Assembly (NCBI RefSeq): GCF_018350175.1
Contig: NC_058368.1
Span: 168,580,001-168,644,000 of the forward strand
Direction: 5' to 3'
DNA length: 64,000 nucleotides
Source of the DNA: Felis catus
Lineage: Eukaryota
The notes under the pieces are model-generated. The model saw nothing but the letters and a program-made list of their open reading frames with translations. It was not told the origin of the DNA and searched no databases. The translations under genes and the position numbers were made by a program. Shown here in pieces: positions 59,581-64,000 of the stretch. Numbering within the stretch: position 1 is the stretch's first letter; each line of letters begins with the position of its first letter.

Positions 59581-61989
59581 TGATGGAGGGAATAAGGGAT
59601 TAGTGGGTACAAAGACTTTGGAGCAGGAGAATTGGTGAGTTTGAGGAACAGAAAAAACCCCAGTGCTGAATTAGTGAGGGAGGCAGAGATGGGTAGGAAG
59701 AGGTTATAGAAATATGCAGGGCTTTGAAGGGTTTGGAAAGAAGTTTGTATTTTATTTTAAATGATATCATCATTTGAGCTGCTGTGTGAGGAATGGGCCG
59801 GCCTGGTGAAAGTGAAAGCTGGCAGTTTTAGTTGCTGAGGTGAATAGTAGTGGCCTGATAAGGTGCTAGCAGCATGAGACAGAGAGATGGATGGATTTGA
59901 AATGGATCTGAATCAGAATGTATGGGACTTTGAATAGTTTGGGTGTGGAAACAGAACATTCTGAAGATGACTCCAAGATTTTTGGGTTTTGAGCAACTGG
60001 GTGGATGCTGGCATCTTGTCCAGAAATCTTTTAGATAACTATCTTTACCATTATGTCAAAGATTGGTTCTTTCACTGAAAGGGAAATTAATTGTAATGTT
60101 AGAAATAATGTTAGTGCTGGAAATAAAACCATCTGGCAAATTTGTAATATGTACTGCTTAATACTTTGTTTTGCTTTTTCCCCTGAAATTTAATTTATAT
60201 GAGTTTTTGTTTTTATTTTTATTTTATTTATTTCTTTTATTTGTAGTTCTGTCTTTTTTGTTTTTTGTAAAGACTTTTTAATATATTTTGAAAGAGAGGA
60301 ATTACTATTTATTGTTTGTGTTTTATGTGACAGGCTTTTGGCTAGCTGTTTTAAATACTTTATTTTATCCTTACAATAGACCATTGAGGTTTTCTACTTT
60401 GCATATGGTTACCCTTTGAGTTCTAGAGCTGAGAAAAGTTGTAGAATATGGGAAATATGTAGATGGAAGGATCTTAAAGATCATCTACTTCCTCCTCTTT
60501 CAGCGGAGACCTAGAGAGGTTCTGTGACCTGCCCACGATCACACAGCTGGTTTTCACATTTGCTGAGACTAGTGCTGCTTATACTCCTTATGTTTCAGTC
60601 CAGCTGGCCTCCCCTCATGCTATCTTCCTGTTGCTTCAGCATTTCATAATGAAAATGTTGAGTGCTGTAGAACAGTGGAATATATAGGCAGTGTGCACCC
60701 ATATTACCTTTCTTATATATTCACTCACTGTTGAAATTTTGCCACTTTTTCTCTCTTTATATATTATATATTTTTAAAATCATTTGAAACTGTACTGGAG
60801 AGATTATAATATACAGTTTTTAGTATGCGTATCTTACATGGGAACATGGATAATTTCTTGCATGTTCATAATATCAATATCACAAATGAGAAAATTAACA
60901 TTATTTAAAAATATGTTTAATATAATGGTCCTTATTCAGATCTCCCCATTTGTCCCTAAAACTTTTTCCTAAATTTATGAATCTAGGATTCAGTCAGGTT
61001 TCATGCATTGCATTTGATTCTTTATTCTCTTTTAATTTTGAACAGTCCCTCTTTTTTGTTTTTCTTGATCCATGTTTTCTTTAAGAGATATAGTGTGTGT
61101 ATATACTTAATGTCTCTCTAGGGAATTGCCTAGTTTCTTAGAACATTATTCATCTAAAACTTATTTGCAGTTTGCTTCTTTCCTTCCAGTTCTCTGAGGT
61201 TGCTGGAGATAAAATTGTTTATTCCAAGCTTTTTTTTTTTTTAAACCATCATCCCAACCTTAAGTAGACAAAGTAGGAAATTTACATTGTATTTGATCCA
61301 ATGGCCCCAGTCAGCGATTGAAATTCATTTAAAACAACAGAAATCTGAAACAAAACAACAAATCATAATTCTGAAGAAATTCCTCTACTTCCCACCATTA
61401 CCCACCCCCACCTTCTAACCTAGGGATGTATATCTAGTCGCCATGGATATTATCATGATACATTATAAAGCAGTAGCAGGCTAAGATTTTGTCTTGGAAA
61501 AATGCACAGTTTCAAGTGGGAAGCAGATTAGAATGCAAATGATAAATAAGCACATTAGTAGAGACGACCAGAGCTCTGCACAGTGAGAAAGGATTGAAGT
61601 ACCTGCTCTCTCTGGTACTTATGTAGAGCTGGCATTCAGTGAGTGTTCTTCTTTCCTTGCTTGGTTTTGAGTTTTACAGATTTGGTTGTTTTTTTTTTAA
61701 GCGTTAAATGGCATTTAGGAACAAGTGGTATTTTGGTGGGGGGGGGGAGCAGTGGGAGGTAAATATTAAGCAGCATTTTAAAAGAGGGGAGAGTGACGTT
61801 TTACAGTTGAGAGGAAAGAAGAGGGTGTCAAGGAGGAAGGGACTACTCAAGGTGGTTTAGGGAGATCTGTGTAGGTTTTTTCTTCATTTTGTTCCAGCCA
61901 GGCTTGGATTATAGTTCTATGCTTTTACTACACTTTGCACAGGGATTCGTTATAGTTATTGCTATGTGTTAGAACTGCTTTTCCTCTGA

Positions 61990-62130
61990 TAAGTTCCCGG
62001 AGTCTGTGACCAGTATTTTTTTTTTAAATCTATGTGTACCCAGGACTTTACTCAGTACCTGGCATATTGTAGACATTGAATAAATACTTACTGGATGGAT
62101 GGGTGGATGGATGGATGGATGAAAGAAAGA
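61990..62130 (+). mobile_element. L2 3' end with a (TGGA)n tail
   Basis: cagtacctggcatattgtagacattgaataaatactt followed by ggat repeats. Confidence 0.8.
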
Positions 62131-63185
62131 AAGACTTTTACTAAGACCTAGTGCAAAAAGACAGATTCCTGTGCTGGGAAACCACAGTAATGGTGGGATC
62201 TGGTTTGATCGATTCATTGTTGAGGTGCTCAGAGCAGGAATTGGTTCAGGAGTCTGGGAGAAGGACCAGAGATGAAACCAGAGCATTCCATGAGTGGGAA
62301 TACAATTGGGTTCTTTTTCAGAGAAGTAGCTAGCATGATGTAAGCACCTTTGTCATTTTCTAAATAAAATAAGTATATTTAAAAGAGAAATGTTTTCTAA
62401 TATTAAGCATTCCATCTGTGAATTTGATTTTTACATTCTTAATATTCAGTCTTAAAAAGTTTGTTGGGAAATCTTTCCTTTTCCTTATATGTGTTTATAT
62501 TATAAAATGAATACATGCTTATGATAAAAATACAAACTAGAAATACATAAAATACAAAGTGACATTCATCTTACTATTCCAGGTCTCACTCTTCACAAGT
62601 AGCTAATGTTAACAGTTTGATGTACATCAAGTTGGACTTTCAAAAAAATATATATATTTTAAAACACACATATTTATGTTTGTATAGTTTTACAAATAAA
62701 ATCATTGATGCCCATGTTCTGATATTTGCTTTTTCTCCTTATCTATTTTACCTATGCTCCATATAATTCCAAAAGTTATTGGATATTTAGGAGGATGGAA
62801 ACACTAGCAGAGGATAGTAGCCTAAAATCAGAGTAATTGAATGTTAACATTTAGGGAACTTAGAATAAGAAAAATGCCTGCTAAAAGTTTTATTAGTTTA
62901 ACTGCTGTTAATTTAGAAGTAGTTTTTGACTTATTTAACCTATATTAAATTATAAAAGTAATAATTTTTCATCTTATGCATTATAGAATTAACACATAAG
63001 AAAGTAAAACTTTAAGATTTATTGAGTACACGAACATGTAACCATGAATAGGACACACTGTCATTACTGCTCTTTGATAACAAAGAGCAGAGGCCAAGAA
63101 ACCTGCCTGGAGGTGGCGATATGAACATACTTCTGAAGTACTGGTAAGAGTTAGCTAAGCTTTTTAAAGAAATGGCTAAGGGATG

Positions 63186-63399
63186 GGGCGCCTGGGTGGC
63201 TCAGTAGGTTGAGCGTCCGACTTCGGCCCAGGTCATGATCTCACAGCTTGTGGGTTCGAGCCCCGCTTCGGGCTCTGTGCTGATGGCTCGGAGCCTGGAG
63301 CCTGCTTCGGATTCTGTGTCTCCCTCTGTCTCTGCCCCTAACCCACTCGCATTTTGTCTCTGTCTCTCTCAAAAAAAAATAAATAAACATTGAAAAAAA
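63186..63399 (+). mobile_element. Young Can-SINE within a minus-strand L2 remnant
   Basis: ggggcgcctgggtggctcagtaggttgagcgtccg; TSD aaatggcta(a/g)ggg. Confidence 0.93.
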
Positions 63400-64000
63400 A
63401 TGGCTAGGGGAAATGAAGGAGAATTGAATCTGAGCTGGAGGTTGTTAGGACAAATGCAGTAGTAAGAAAATCAGGGGAAGTCATTTGATTTAATATGTGT
63501 AGGGAAAGAAGTTAGGGTGTTTCATGCCCTGGTGTTGGGACAGTCCAGGTTTATATCCGTTGTCACAGAATAATAAAGAGTAGTATGCCATTGTACTCTT
63601 AAAAATACCCTAGTTCTGGGTAATAAGTGGCATCACCCTTAAAGAGAGAATATAGGGTGTCCTGATCAATATTAGGGAATTCAGCTGGAGATCTCTCTGA
63701 GATTGAAGAATAGGTATAGTAAGAGTTAATAGTACCAAAAAAATGGTAAATAGTAGCTTATGGCCTAGAACTAGAATATTACAGTTTACCATTGCAGAGA
63801 TGAAACTGTTTTGGATTTAGGCTATGGGCAATAGCGGTGGATGGTTGGAATGAAGTTGGATTGAATGGATCTTTGGAGAAGAGAAAGACTATAGAGGTTA
63901 GAATCTCCATGGATGAAGATAAGAGTTGGGTTAGAGGATAACATTGGGGGACAAGTGGAGATTGAAAGGAAGATTTGGAGACAACAAAGCTAGATGGGGT

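Noticed and set aside
1645..63399. tRNA genes or a CRISPR-like array suggested by the recurring ggggcacctgggtggctcag motif
   Set aside because: These are dispersed tRNA-derived Can-SINE heads with (CT)n, poly(A) and TSDs, not cloverleaf tRNAs or regularly spaced repeats.
31515..64000. Naming the host gene
   Set aside because: No coding exon is recognisable in the window, so any gene symbol would be a guess.

Overview
This is mammalian nuclear DNA from a cat-family (Felidae) genome. The assignment rests on about 30 tRNA-derived carnivore SINEs, including young SINEC_Fc-type copies, and felid-type LINE-1s. I cannot support any host protein-coding exon: the ORF track consists of L1 ORF1/ORF2 fragments, SINE or microsatellite read-throughs and GC-rich open frames. 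There are two CpG islands. The first (~6.5-7.2 kb) has no clear direction. The second (~30.85-32.45 kb) looks like a + strand promoter, with four CCAAT boxes, a near-perfect RFX X-box and a strong splice donor at 31586/31587, followed by what appears to be a long, repeat-rich first intron of a gene I cannot identify. The rest is layered transposon history: a SINE inside a full-length L1 inside an older L1 with all target-site duplications (TSDs) readable, a 55-bp tract carrying the same frameshift in both L1s (possible gene conversion), two same-site tandem insertions with triple TSDs, a decayed Mutator-like (MULE) DNA transposon that keeps FLYWCH-like and catalytic-Glu motifs, an AT-rich quasi-palindrome, and an old 5'-inverted L1. 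I found no convincing new biological system; the findings concern genome dynamics and regulation. Repeat family names come from my recall of consensus sequences and need RepeatMasker/Dfam confirmation. Coordinates of old repeats are approximate.
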